A DNA stretch of 64,000 nucleotides from the NCBI GenBank assembly GCA_039801905.1, contig JBDRVQ010000001.1, positions 29,635 through 93,634 of the forward strand, in the 5' to 3' direction. Shown one piece after another: positions 1 to 9,025 of the stretch. The position numbers and the translations under genes were made by a program. The notes under the pieces were generated by a model. That model saw only the letters and a list, made by a program, of their open reading frames with translations. It was not told the origin of the DNA and made no database searches. The DNA comes from a candidate division WOR-3 bacterium. Its GTDB lineage: Bacteria; Hydrothermota; Tepidihabitantia; Tepidihabitantales; JBDRVQ01. Within the stretch, counting starts at the first letter, position 1. Every line of letters starts with the position of its first letter.

Positions 1-701
1 GAGAGGGAGCCGATCTCATACAACCTTCGGGTATTGGCACTCTCCTTCCCTCCCGCCACCAGACCGGCATCAACCTTTCCCATCACCTCCTTAAACATCT
101 TCTGCCGCCAGAAAACTTCTCGGCAGATGGTATTAAAAACGCGGATCTCCGAGAAATCATTCTTCACAATCTCCGAGAGGGCAGAATCCATAAACTCCTT
201 AGCTAAGGTCGTCTGACAAACAATCCCAACCTTATCCCATTTTCCGAGAAAAGTCAAATCCCTTTTTTGAGAAGGGTTGGTAGAAAAGAGAAAGCCTCTC
301 TCCCCCAGGTCCTCCATCAGGGAGATCACCTCCGGGTGATCCTGGTCGCCGAGCACCACAACCCGATAGCCATCCGCCAATAGCATCTCTACTATCTCCT
401 TAACCCTTCTCACATAAGGGCAAGTGGTATCAACCAATCTTATACCATATTTTTCTATTTTTTTCAAGTGGCGCGAAGAAATACCATGGGTTCTTATCGC
501 CAACACTCCTTTAAGATTCTTCCTCACCTTCTTTAAGGGGAAGATCCCCTCTCCTTTTAACTTCTCCACCACCGGCCGGTTATGAATAATCTCCCCTAAG
601 GTATAAATCTTTTTATATCTCCTCTTCGCCTCCGCTAAAAGCCGGAGGGCGCGTTTCACTCCGGAACAGAAGCCGAAGGGCTTAACCGCCAAAACCTTCA
701 T
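1..701 (-). CDS. ispH: 4-hydroxy-3-methylbut-2-enyl diphosphate reductase (IspH/LytB); 3' end runs off the window
   Basis: Minus-strand translation starts MKVLAVKPFGFCSGVKRAL (IspH N-terminal Cys motif) and later shows ...AGGKESANTRRLYEI near the C-terminus. No stop codon before position 1. The ATG overlaps the plsC stop. Confidence 0.8.
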   Translation of the reverse strand, partial: MKVLAVKPFGFCSGVKRALRLLAEAKRRYKKIYTLGEIIHNRPVVEKLKGEGIFPLKKVRKNLKGVLAIRTHGISSRHLKKIEKYGIRLVDTTCPYVRRVKEIVEMLLADGYRVVVLGDQDHPEVISLMEDLGERGFLFSTNPSQKRDLTFLGKWDKVGIVCQTTLAKEFMDSALSEIVKNDFSEIRVFNTICREVFWRQKMFKEVMGKVDAGLVAGGKESANTRRLYEIGSL

Positions 702-1314
702 CTGCCATCTCCTCCAGCCTCTTTCTCAGATTAAAGGCAAAATTTTTAATATCCTCTTCGGGAGAGAGTGGTTTTCCAAATCGCACCTCAATCTTCGGTA
801 GGGCATAAGAATTTCTCAAACCTTCCCTTACCAAATCCCGGTCAACAATCATCGGAATAATTGAATCCTTCACCCCTCTCACCAGGCAGGGTACCACCGG
901 CACCTTAATGAACTTGGCGATAAAACCGACCCCGGGCTTAAAATCCCCCATCTTCCCATTCCGGGAGCGGGTCCCTTCGGGAAAGATAAGAATTGCCTTT
1001 CCTTTTTCTGTCAACTCCTTAATTTTTAATAATAGCCCCTTAGAAAACCTTCCCCGAGATAAGGGTAGGGCATTAAAACTTCTTATCAACCAGGAGAAAA
1101 ATTTTGAGACCCTAAATAACTCCTCCTTTGCCAAAAAATACATCTCCCTCCTTGCCGCCAAGACCAAGAGGGGAGGGTCAAAATTGGAGGTATGATTAGC
1201 CACAATTATCACCCCTCCCCTGGGGAGATGCTCCCGACCTAAGACTTTAAGCCGGAGGAGGATTTTGGCAATCGGATAAACGAAGAGAAGTCCGAAAAGG
1301 AAGCGCCACTTCAT
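682..1314 (-). CDS. plsC: 1-acyl-sn-glycerol-3-phosphate acyltransferase
   Basis: HxxxxD acyltransferase motif (VANHTSNFD), FPEGTRS motif, about 210 aa. Confidence 0.85.
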   Translation of the reverse strand: MKWRFLFGLLFVYPIAKILLRLKVLGREHLPRGGVIIVANHTSNFDPPLLVLAARREMYFLAKEELFRVSKFFSWLIRSFNALPLSRGRFSKGLLLKIKELTEKGKAILIFPEGTRSRNGKMGDFKPGVGFIAKFIKVPVVPCLVRGVKDSIIPMIVDRDLVREGLRNSYALPKIEVRFGKPLSPEEDIKNFAFNLRKRLEEMADEGFGG

Positions 1315-1976
1315 AAGGTCTTAATCAAATCAATAAAAATTTCCACTTCTTCGGCAATTGTCAGATGGGTGGTATCAATATAGATTGCGGAAGGTAAACG
1401 AACCAGAGGGCTTGCCTCCCGCCAGGAATCGATCCGATCCCTCTCCTGCAAATTCTCCATAATCTCTTCTAAGGGGAGGAGAATCCCCTTCTTTGCCAAC
1501 TCCTTCCTTCGCCTCTTCGCCCTTTCCCTTAAATCACAAAAGACAAAGACCTTTAAGTCGGCATCCGGAAAGAGAACACTTCCGATATCCCTCCCTTCGC
1601 CAATCACATTTTTCCCCTCGGCAATTTTTCTCTGCCACCTCACCATTCTCTCCCTCACCGCTTTAATCTCAGAGAGATAAGAGACTATCCGGTCAACCTC
1701 CGGTCGGCGCAGGTCTCCGGTCACCTCCGCACCGTTCAGATAGACCTTCGCCTCCCTCCCATCCCAGTGGAAATCAATAACCGTGCGGGCTAAGAGGTTA
1801 TTTAAATTATTAAAATTTTGGTAATCTATCTTTTCCCTTAAAACCGCCAAAGTGAATGCCCGATAAAAGGAACCAGTCTCAAGATAGAACCAATTTAACC
1901 TCCGGGCAGCGGACTTCGCCATCGTTGTCTTTCCGGAACCCGAGAGACCATCTACTGCCACCTTAAAATATCTCAT
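1311..1976 (-). CDS. cmk: cytidylate kinase
   Basis: P-loop GLSGSGKTT at the N-terminus; length and order cmk-plsC-ispH are typical. Confidence 0.85.
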   Translation of the reverse strand: MRYFKVAVDGLSGSGKTTMAKSAARRLNWFYLETGSFYRAFTLAVLREKIDYQNFNNLNNLLARTVIDFHWDGREAKVYLNGAEVTGDLRRPEVDRIVSYLSEIKAVRERMVRWQRKIAEGKNVIGEGRDIGSVLFPDADLKVFVFCDLRERAKRRRKELAKKGILLPLEEIMENLQERDRIDSWREASPLVRLPSAIYIDTTHLTIAEEVEIFIDLIKTL

Positions 1977-2070
1977 GTCATAATTCTAACAATAATTTCC
2001 AATTTTTCAATGGTGGAAGGATGAGCAGAAATTGTGCCGGAGAGGAAGATTTACCGAAATGGAACTGAAA

Positions 2071-2530
2071 ATTTAGTGTCAGAAAATGGGGGGTATTTCC
2101 GTATTTATTATAGAGGGCTATGAAGAAGTTAAAAGAAATTATTAAGGTAAGTTATTGGGTTCTAATCCCAACCCTTATCTCAGAAGAGAGATTAAGGAGG
2201 TGTTATGAGATAATTAGCACTTAATAAAAATGGCATTAAATCATAAGACCTTTATCAAACAGGAGGGGTTTATCTTTATAAAAAGGGGTGTAGCATACAG
2301 GGGATGGTATCAGGGATTTAATGGAAGGGATAATAGAAGTTTTAATAAAAGGCGTAATTTTAGACTTAATCGGAGATTTAATAAAGGGTTTAATCAAGAA
2401 TTTAATAGAAGGTCTAAAAGAGGATATAAAGAGAAGGATAATCAGGAGCCTAAGCCAAGGTATAATCCAGAGCCTAATTAAAGGTTTAATCCGAAGTCTA
2501 AATGGAAGCCTAATCCTAAGAGAAACTTTA
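2071..2530 (+). repeat. Modular intergenic element copy 1: leader (TATTTCCGTATTTATTATAGAGGG ... GGGTTCTAATCCCAACCC), conserved core 2261-2315, then about 17 x 12-nt T-A-A-T-phased tandem units 2322-2526
   Basis: Direct sequence comparison with the copies at 33008-33582, 56588-57735 and 19030-19440 (inverted). The 12-nt period is visible as TTAAT/CTAAT/ATAAT every 12 nt. Confidence 0.8.
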
Positions 2531-2676
2531 AGGCAGAGAGATTATTCGGAACGGATATACTCGGAGGCGTGTTAATTTTGGTTGCGGTCATATATCAAAT
2601 AAGAGAGAGAAATTGGAGATATTGGTAGTGATTGGGGTAGATAGTGAAGGGAAAAAGAGGTTATTAGCGATTCACC

Positions 2677-5600
2677 TCATTTCGTAATCACAAGTTTCTT
2701 TAATATCGCTTCTCTTCCTTTTCGGAAAAAAAGAAAATAGATACGGGGGGAGAGTCTTTGGGCATTGAAGAGAAAAGAGTCAGAATATTTCCCGGGCAAT
2801 TCTCTCCTTAAAAGAATATCAACCCGTCGGCCGGTAGCATCATAAAGGATGATCTCCAATCTCCCCGGCCTTTCTACCCGGTAGCTAATCTTTGCCTCCT
2901 GCCGGATAATGGTTGGTAATTCTAAATAGAGGGTTCGCTTCGCTGGTGAAAATAAAAGATCCGGAATGGTAAGGGAAGACATTGTGGTTCTCATCTCGTA
3001 AAACTCTTGGGTATTATTCCCTTTTAAGGCATAGACCTTGTCCTGGGCATAAGCCAGAGAAGCACCTTCTTTTACCCCTCTCCTTTTTCCGGTAATGGGT
3101 AAGGGAGTAAGGGAAAACCATCTCTCTCCTCTGATGTCATAAGCCCAAAATTCTGGACTATTTCCACCCTTAAAGGCATAGATAAGTTTTAACTTTTTAT
3201 CATAGGTTAATGCGCCATCTCTAACAACTTTTGCCTTCTCCGTGGGTGGCAAATCAAACAATTCCATCCATAAACGAAGACGGGGGGCATAGGCATAAAA
3301 CTTATTCGTCTTCCCTTTCAAAACATAGATATTCTGCCCATCAGTAGTGAGGGCACTTCCCCTATCAAATCGCTTCTTTCCTGGACCTTCGGGCGGAAAA
3401 GGTAAGTCTGTAAACCAAATCTCCCTCTCACAATTATAAGCATACCATTCCGTGGTTCTTCTCCCTTTCAAAAAATAGACATATCCGGTATCGCCCAATT
3501 GGAGATAGGTGAGTCCTGCCCCAGCCAAAACCTTCTTCTCACCCGGAACATCCGCTAACCTTAGCCAGACCGGTTCCTCCCTTTTTGTGTCGTAGCGCCA
3601 GAATTCTTTTGTGTTATGACCTCTAAGAAGATAGAGATACCTCCGACCATCATAAGTAATTGCCGCCCCCTTCCCTACCCGCTTTTTCGCCTCCGAATTT
3701 GGAAAACTGTCAACGAATTCCCAGGTGTCATTCCGAATAGAATATCGGTAGAAATCATTTGTATTATTCCCTTTTAAGGCGTAGATGGTGGTATCGTTAA
3801 CCGCCACCAAACATCCCCCACCCTTCACCTTTTTCTTACTGGGTCCTAAGGGAAACTCTGCTTTGGGAAACCAGAGGAAAGCGGGGGTTGATTCCGAGAG
3901 GATTAAGAAGTCGTCAATTAGCCAATAGTTTCCGTGATCACCACAATAGAGGAAGGCGATCCGAACAGTGGGCTTGCCAATTACGAAATCGGTAATTTCG
4001 TGAAGGACGTATCCGTAATCATCAGTTCCTTTATATTTCGCAATACTATGCCAACTCAAACCGTTATCCGTTGAGAGCAAAACTACTCCGGAGTCCGGAT
4101 ATCTTTCATTATCATCATAATCATTAAAGTAACTCAACCAAACGGAATTGGCAGTGGCACAGTTAATTACCGGGGAGATTAAGGTGTCATTATTCACCTC
4201 CAATATCTCATCGGAAATCATCGCTCCCCATCGCCCATTTTTTCTTCCCTTATGCCAATCGTTGGTATTCCAGACCGGAGGTGATTCACTTCCTCCCGCT
4301 CCAATGCGCCAACCAAAAGGTGGATTGTCACCATAAGGTCCCCAATCCCCATCAAAATCTTCCGCATAGAAGGGAGGGAAAACAATCTCTTTTTTTCTCA
4401 CCTTCACCCTCCGCCGGAAAGTATCGTTGCGTGGCCGCTCGTCTCCTCTCAGTTCGGTCCAGACCTTAACGGAACAGGTAACAATCCCTAAATAGTAAGG
4501 GGCAAGCCAATCGGGATTAAAGACCACTCGGGCAGTATCCCTACCCAATACGATAGAAAGTCTCTCTTCGCCTTGATATGAATAACCATCCGGTCCAGTG
4601 ATTTGGAGTTTCACCGGCACATCCCTTTGGGTCAAAAGCCCAACATTTTTCACTGTCGCCTGGATGGGATAACTACTTTCGCAATAGACCGTCTCCGGCA
4701 TATGAATGGCGATCGTTTTCAGATCATTGAGTAAGGGCTGGAAGGTGGAGATCGCCCTCCGACAATTGACCCTCCCCCAACCGTAATTGTTATTGGGATA
4801 GGGTCCACCTTGAATTGGCTGGTCCGAAGAATCAAGGAGAGCGGAATACACCGCCCGATACTCAGAAAACCCCTTATCCAGAAGCAAGGCGACCGCCCCG
4901 GCAATGTGGGGAGCAGCGGCGGATGTCCCTCTACTCACAATATAACCGCCTCCGGGAGAGGCGGAACGAATCCCAATCCCCGGGGCAACAAGGTCCGGTT
5001 TTATAAAATTCCAATCCAGTCTTCCCCAATACTCCGATTGATTCCAGGGCGGAAGATTGGGAGCCGGACCCCGACTGGAGAAACTTGCCACTGTATCGTT
5101 AATATCGGTTGCCCCAACACCAATCACAATTGGGAAGTTACCCGGTGCTAAGTCGGTCATTGGGTTAGGACCATTATTACCGATGGCAAAAACAGGAATA
5201 ATCTCAAGTTCTCTTAAATTCCGGAGGATATTCCAAAAGAGGGTGGCCGTTCTCTCCCCACCCCAAGAGTTGCTTATCACCTGGGGGGCATCTTCACCCA
5301 ATCCGGCAAACCATTGGAGACACTCCGCAATTATGGAAAACCATCCCGTTCCTAACCGGTCAAATCCCTTAGCGGCAATAAATTGGGCACCGGGTGCCAC
5401 ACCGATATCCTCGGGAAAAGGACCAAAACCATCACCACCACAGATTATCCCCATCGTGTAAGTGCCATGCCCATTATCATCATAAGGGGTTTGATGATGG
5501 GCAACGGCATCAAACCAGCCGTTGCGCTCCCGCCAGCGGTTGCCAAAAGCCGGATGATAAACATCAACTCCGGTGTCTAAATTGCCTACGACAACCCCTT

Positions 5601-6090
5601 CCCCGGTATAGCCCAATGCCCAACAAGAATCCGCTTTGATCTTTGTAATGTTCCATTCCGGATCCTCCAAGAGATCGCGCTCCGTTGATTTTGTCAATTT
5701 TGGTAATTGGATGACGAAATCTTCAACCAGATAATCCACTCCCTCCCAATCCTTTATCTTTTTTATCATCTCCGGGGTTGCCTTAAAGGCGATAAAGTTA
5801 GCAATCCAAAAGGACCGCTCATTGGTGATACCAATTTCTCTTAACTTCTTAATAATGGGTTCTTGACTTTTTTGGGCAAAGGCTTTCAAGTAATTAACCT
5901 TCTCCTCTCTACTCTTTCCCTTTAATAAAGAAAGGTCGGCTTCCTCTGTCAGATGGAGGACGATCGGAATCGTTGTGTCAGGTTTTGCCTTTTGGAGAAT
6001 GGTACCAAGGGATGGGAGAATCTCACCGCCGAAGAGAAAGGTTAAGGGAAGGATGGCAAAGATAAATTTCTTGCCTTTCTTTAACCCCAT
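2677..6090 (-). CDS. secreted subtilisin-like serine peptidase (S8) with I9-like propeptide, six Kelch-like repeats and a T9SS C-terminal sorting domain
   Basis: Catalytic triad motifs NLDTGVD / HGTYTMG / SRGTSAAAPHIAGA. Repeated YxLKGxNTxEFxxY...W Kelch-type units. C-terminal about 80 aa Por_Secre_tail-like domain. N-terminal signal peptide. Confidence 0.85.
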   Translation of the reverse strand: MGLKKGKKFIFAILPLTFLFGGEILPSLGTILQKAKPDTTIPIVLHLTEEADLSLLKGKSREEKVNYLKAFAQKSQEPIIKKLREIGITNERSFWIANFIAFKATPEMIKKIKDWEGVDYLVEDFVIQLPKLTKSTERDLLEDPEWNITKIKADSCWALGYTGEGVVVGNLDTGVDVYHPAFGNRWRERNGWFDAVAHHQTPYDDNGHGTYTMGIICGGDGFGPFPEDIGVAPGAQFIAAKGFDRLGTGWFSIIAECLQWFAGLGEDAPQVISNSWGGERTATLFWNILRNLRELEIIPVFAIGNNGPNPMTDLAPGNFPIVIGVGATDINDTVASFSSRGPAPNLPPWNQSEYWGRLDWNFIKPDLVAPGIGIRSASPGGGYIVSRGTSAAAPHIAGAVALLLDKGFSEYRAVYSALLDSSDQPIQGGPYPNNNYGWGRVNCRRAISTFQPLLNDLKTIAIHMPETVYCESSYPIQATVKNVGLLTQRDVPVKLQITGPDGYSYQGEERLSIVLGRDTARVVFNPDWLAPYYLGIVTCSVKVWTELRGDERPRNDTFRRRVKVRKKEIVFPPFYAEDFDGDWGPYGDNPPFGWRIGAGGSESPPVWNTNDWHKGRKNGRWGAMISDEILEVNNDTLISPVINCATANSVWLSYFNDYDDNERYPDSGVVLLSTDNGLSWHSIAKYKGTDDYGYVLHEITDFVIGKPTVRIAFLYCGDHGNYWLIDDFLILSESTPAFLWFPKAEFPLGPSKKKVKGGGCLVAVNDTTIYALKGNNTNDFYRYSIRNDTWEFVDSFPNSEAKKRVGKGAAITYDGRRYLYLLRGHNTKEFWRYDTKREEPVWLRLADVPGEKKVLAGAGLTYLQLGDTGYVYFLKGRRTTEWYAYNCEREIWFTDLPFPPEGPGKKRFDRGSALTTDGQNIYVLKGKTNKFYAYAPRLRLWMELFDLPPTEKAKVVRDGALTYDKKLKLIYAFKGGNSPEFWAYDIRGERWFSLTPLPITGKRRGVKEGASLAYAQDKVYALKGNNTQEFYEMRTTMSSLTIPDLLFSPAKRTLYLELPTIIRQEAKISYRVERPGRLEIILYDATGRRVDILLRRELPGKYSDSFLFNAQRLSPRIYFLFFRKGREAILKKLVITK

Positions 6091-6243
6091 AAAACTATTA
6101 TAAAGAAGAAGGGAGGGGAGTCAATCTTCTCGGCAAGGGTTAACAAAGTTATGGTTGATGGTTTGCCCTTGCCAGAGGAATATTTTTAACGCTTTCCCAA
6201 TTTTGGGATGGTCACGACCTCTGTAAACATTACACAAACAGTA

Positions 6244-6271
6244 TTGATCTTATCCGAAATCGCTTTATAAT
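6244..6271 (+). promoter_or_regulatory. sigma-70-like promoter (TTGATC -16 nt- TATAAT) ending 7 nt before the addB ATG; leaderless
   Basis: Hexamers read directly from the sequence. No room for a Shine-Dalgarno. Confidence 0.45.
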
Positions 6272-6278
6272 CCTCCAA

Positions 6279-9023
6279 ATGAGGAACTTATATCTCTTTC
6301 CTTTTGGGAAGGAAGGGGCAACGAAAAGGCTCCTATCGGATGCCCTATCCCTTTCGGAAAAGGGAAAAAATCGGGATTATTCTGAGATCCTGTATCTGGC
6401 ACCTACACCCCGAAAGGCAAGGGAGGCGATAAAAATTTTTATCTCCCTTTTTCCTAACTCTCCTTTTGCCTTTATCCCACCCCGGTTTTTAACGATAAAG
6501 ACCTTAGCCCAAGAGATATACTCTTCTTTTGCGGAGAAGGTATTTCTGCCCGATTCCTTAAAACCCGTCTTTCTTAAAAGTTTGATTAAAGGAAACTTCT
6601 CTCTTAGCTATTACTATCACATCGGAGAGTTGATTAAAGACTTAAAATCCGCCAATCTGATGAGAGAATGGGAAAAGACCAAAGGGTTAATCAAAAATCG
6701 TTTAGCCCCCTTTTCCCCAAAGAGGCTGAGAATGGAGGAGATATTTGCGCTAATAGAAAGATACGAGGAAGGCCTTAAAGAAAATTCCCTTGCCGATTCC
6801 GAAGATATATTGAAGGAGGCGACAATTTATTTGCAAAAAAGAAAGAAAAGGAAAGGGGTTCTGGTAATTGACGGGTTTATGGATTTGACGAAGTTGGAAG
6901 AAGATTTTTTATCCGCCTTAATCAATAACTTTGAGCATATCCTCGCCTTAGCCTATTTTGATACCCGGTTTCCCGAGATTTATTCCCTCCCTAAGGAGTT
7001 TGCCGATTTCATCTCTTCCTTAGGAGGGTTTGAGGTGATAGAAGAGAGAGGAGATGATAGTTTCTTAGAGCGGGAGAAGATGGCTTTCTTAGAATTTCCT
7101 TCCCGGGAAGAAGAGGTGGAAGGGATTGCCCAAAAGATAAAAAAGTTATTCTTGGATGGGAAATTATCACTTTCCCAGACGATCGTCACCTTTCCCGATT
7201 TAAATAGTTATGCCCCAATTGTGGAAAGGGTCTTTAAGAAGTATAAAATCCCTTTCACCCTTTATCCCCAACGTTCCCTTCTCGCCTCGCCGGTGGTGAT
7301 ACCGGTAATTAATCTATTAAGGGCGGTGGTTGATGACTATCCATTTTTGCCAACGATAACTTGCCTCACTTCTCCTTTCTTCTCTCGTTTCCATATCAAG
7401 ACCAGAAATTTTGTCTCCTATTATGCCCGGCGGGCAAAAATCATTAAAGGGGAATTTAGTTGGCGGAATTTGGTCCGGGATTTGATTAAAGAATATAGAG
7501 AGGAGAAAGGGAAGAAGTCTTCTCTTCCCGGTATCTTCCAAGTAGAAAGGGATATCAATCTCTTCCTTTCAGTGAGCGGCACCCTAAAGAGGGAAAGAGG
7601 GAAAATTACCGACTTTCTCTCCCTTCTCTCCTCCGTTCTTAAAGAGTTGGGTTGGCCCGGAGAATTAAAGGAAGAAGACTTAGAACTCTGGGAAGATAAG
7701 AAAGAGTTGGTTTCTATCTTTCAGGGTTTAGAGTCTTTCCGGGAAACCGAATGTAGTCTGGCAGAATTTTTAGAGATCTTAGAGACAATTCTCAAATATC
7801 ATCCCATTATTCCGGAGCGGGAGGAGAAAGGGGTTAGGATATTAGGATTATTGGAGACAAGGGGTTTAACCGCAAAACATATCTTCTTCGGCGGTCTCTG
7901 TGAGGGAAGTCTCCCTTCCCCTTTAAGACACGACCCATTTTTGCCCGATTGGCTTAGGGAAAAATTAAATCTTTTGCATTTAGAAAGACACCAAAAGTGG
8001 CAGAGACTTCATTTCTTCCGAATATTAAGGTCCGCCCAAGAGATTTATCTCTCCTATCCCCGTCAGGAAGGTGAAAGACTATTTCTCCCTTCTCCCTTCT
8101 TAGAAGGGGAAGCGATTTTGGCAAAAAGGGAGAGAATAATCTTTACCGAGGAGGAGAAAGAGCGCCTTTTAGGATTAGGAGAGGAGAAGGATTTTTCTTC
8201 GGAAGGGGTTGATTTCTCTACCGACCGAGAAGCGAAAAGGGTTTTGAAAAGAAGGTTTTATCCCTATGTCCAAGTGACCGAGATTGAGAAACTGAGAAGA
8301 TGTCCTTACAACTTCTATTTGGAAAATATCTTAGGATTGGTAACAGAAGAGGAGACAAAATTTGAGATTGAACCTCGGGAATGGGGAGAATTGGCGCATC
8401 AGGTTTTGGAAAGGCTCTATGCGGAAAGAAAAGAATTTATCCCCTTAGAGGAGATACCGAAAAGGGTAGAAAAGATTCTCTCCTCCCTCCTCGCCCAGAG
8501 TGGCTTTCCCCTTTTCTGGCAGGATGTGGCAAAGAAGATTTTTGAAAAGATTTTACCCAACTTCTTAGAGATGGAAAAAGAACTAAGGGAAAAAGGGTAT
8601 TATCCGGAAAGGATTGAGGAGCGGGTGAAAGGAGATCTCCTCAGAATTAATCTCTACGGCAAGATTGACCGGATTGATAAAAACCAAGATAATAAATATC
8701 TGATTCTGGATTACAAAACCGGGGGCACGGATATTTATCCCGGAGACATTGAAAAGGGGAAGCATCTCCAACTCCCCCTCTATTCCCTCCTCCTGCGGCG
8801 AAAGGGTTTAGCGGTAAGTGGATTTGCCCTCTATTCCTTTAAGGAGAAGAAGGTGAAATGGCTAGCCAAGGATGAGGTTGATTGCCAAGAAAAAGAAGAA
8901 TTGGCGCAAAAATTTGCCCAAGAAGTACTCCAAGAGGCACTCCAGGGAATTTTTCCTGCGGCCCCAGTTGATGAAGGGGTCTGTCGGTTCTGCCTTTATT
9001 CTTTTCTCTGTGCTCAGGAGTAG
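6279..9023 (+). CDS. addB: ATP-dependent helicase/nuclease subunit B (AddB-type, PD-(D/E)XK nuclease with Fe-S cysteine cluster)
   Basis: C-terminal ILDYKTGG RecB-family nuclease motif plus Cys cluster (RRCPYNF... CRFCLYSFLC). Sits immediately upstream of addA; about 914 aa. Confidence 0.75.
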   Translation: MRNLYLFPFGKEGATKRLLSDALSLSEKGKNRDYSEILYLAPTPRKAREAIKIFISLFPNSPFAFIPPRFLTIKTLAQEIYSSFAEKVFLPDSLKPVFLKSLIKGNFSLSYYYHIGELIKDLKSANLMREWEKTKGLIKNRLAPFSPKRLRMEEIFALIERYEEGLKENSLADSEDILKEATIYLQKRKKRKGVLVIDGFMDLTKLEEDFLSALINNFEHILALAYFDTRFPEIYSLPKEFADFISSLGGFEVIEERGDDSFLEREKMAFLEFPSREEEVEGIAQKIKKLFLDGKLSLSQTIVTFPDLNSYAPIVERVFKKYKIPFTLYPQRSLLASPVVIPVINLLRAVVDDYPFLPTITCLTSPFFSRFHIKTRNFVSYYARRAKIIKGEFSWRNLVRDLIKEYREEKGKKSSLPGIFQVERDINLFLSVSGTLKRERGKITDFLSLLSSVLKELGWPGELKEEDLELWEDKKELVSIFQGLESFRETECSLAEFLEILETILKYHPIIPEREEKGVRILGLLETRGLTAKHIFFGGLCEGSLPSPLRHDPFLPDWLREKLNLLHLERHQKWQRLHFFRILRSAQEIYLSYPRQEGERLFLPSPFLEGEAILAKRERIIFTEEEKERLLGLGEEKDFSSEGVDFSTDREAKRVLKRRFYPYVQVTEIEKLRRCPYNFYLENILGLVTEEETKFEIEPREWGELAHQVLERLYAERKEFIPLEEIPKRVEKILSSLLAQSGFPLFWQDVAKKIFEKILPNFLEMEKELREKGYYPERIEERVKGDLLRINLYGKIDRIDKNQDNKYLILDYKTGGTDIYPGDIEKGKHLQLPLYSLLLRRKGLAVSGFALYSFKEKKVKWLAKDEVDCQEKEELAQKFAQEVLQEALQGIFPAAPVDEGVCRFCLYSFLCAQE

Positions 9024-9025
9024 AA

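Noticed and set aside
34-216. 60-aa plus-strand ORF at the window start
   Set aside because: Lies antisense within the clearly coding ispH region on the minus strand.
2109-2210. Conserved 31-33-aa micro-ORF MKKLKEIIKVS…IST in the leaders of copies 1 and 2
   Set aside because: No RBS. The region is deleted in copy 3 while flanking non-coding motifs are retained. Kept only as a note inside the repeat finding, not as a CDS feature.
2230-2481. 83-aa ORF (…NRSFNKRRNFRLNRRFNKGFNQEF…) across the copy 1 array in the +1 phase
   Set aside because: This is a frame artefact of the 12-nt periodic repeat. Low-complexity N/R/F repeats, no RBS, not conserved in other copies.
2071-2530. Possible CRISPR array (tandem repeats with variable spacers)
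   Set aside because: The period is only 12 nt (8 conserved plus 4 variable), far below CRISPR repeat-spacer dimensions, and there are no cas genes anywhere in the 64 kb.
4148-5639. Several 60-130-aa plus-strand ORFs (4148-4336, 4810-5151, 5057-5461, 5394-5639 and others)
   Set aside because: All are antisense to the S8 protease gene, with Pro/Gly/Arg-rich low-complexity translations typical of spurious antisense frames.
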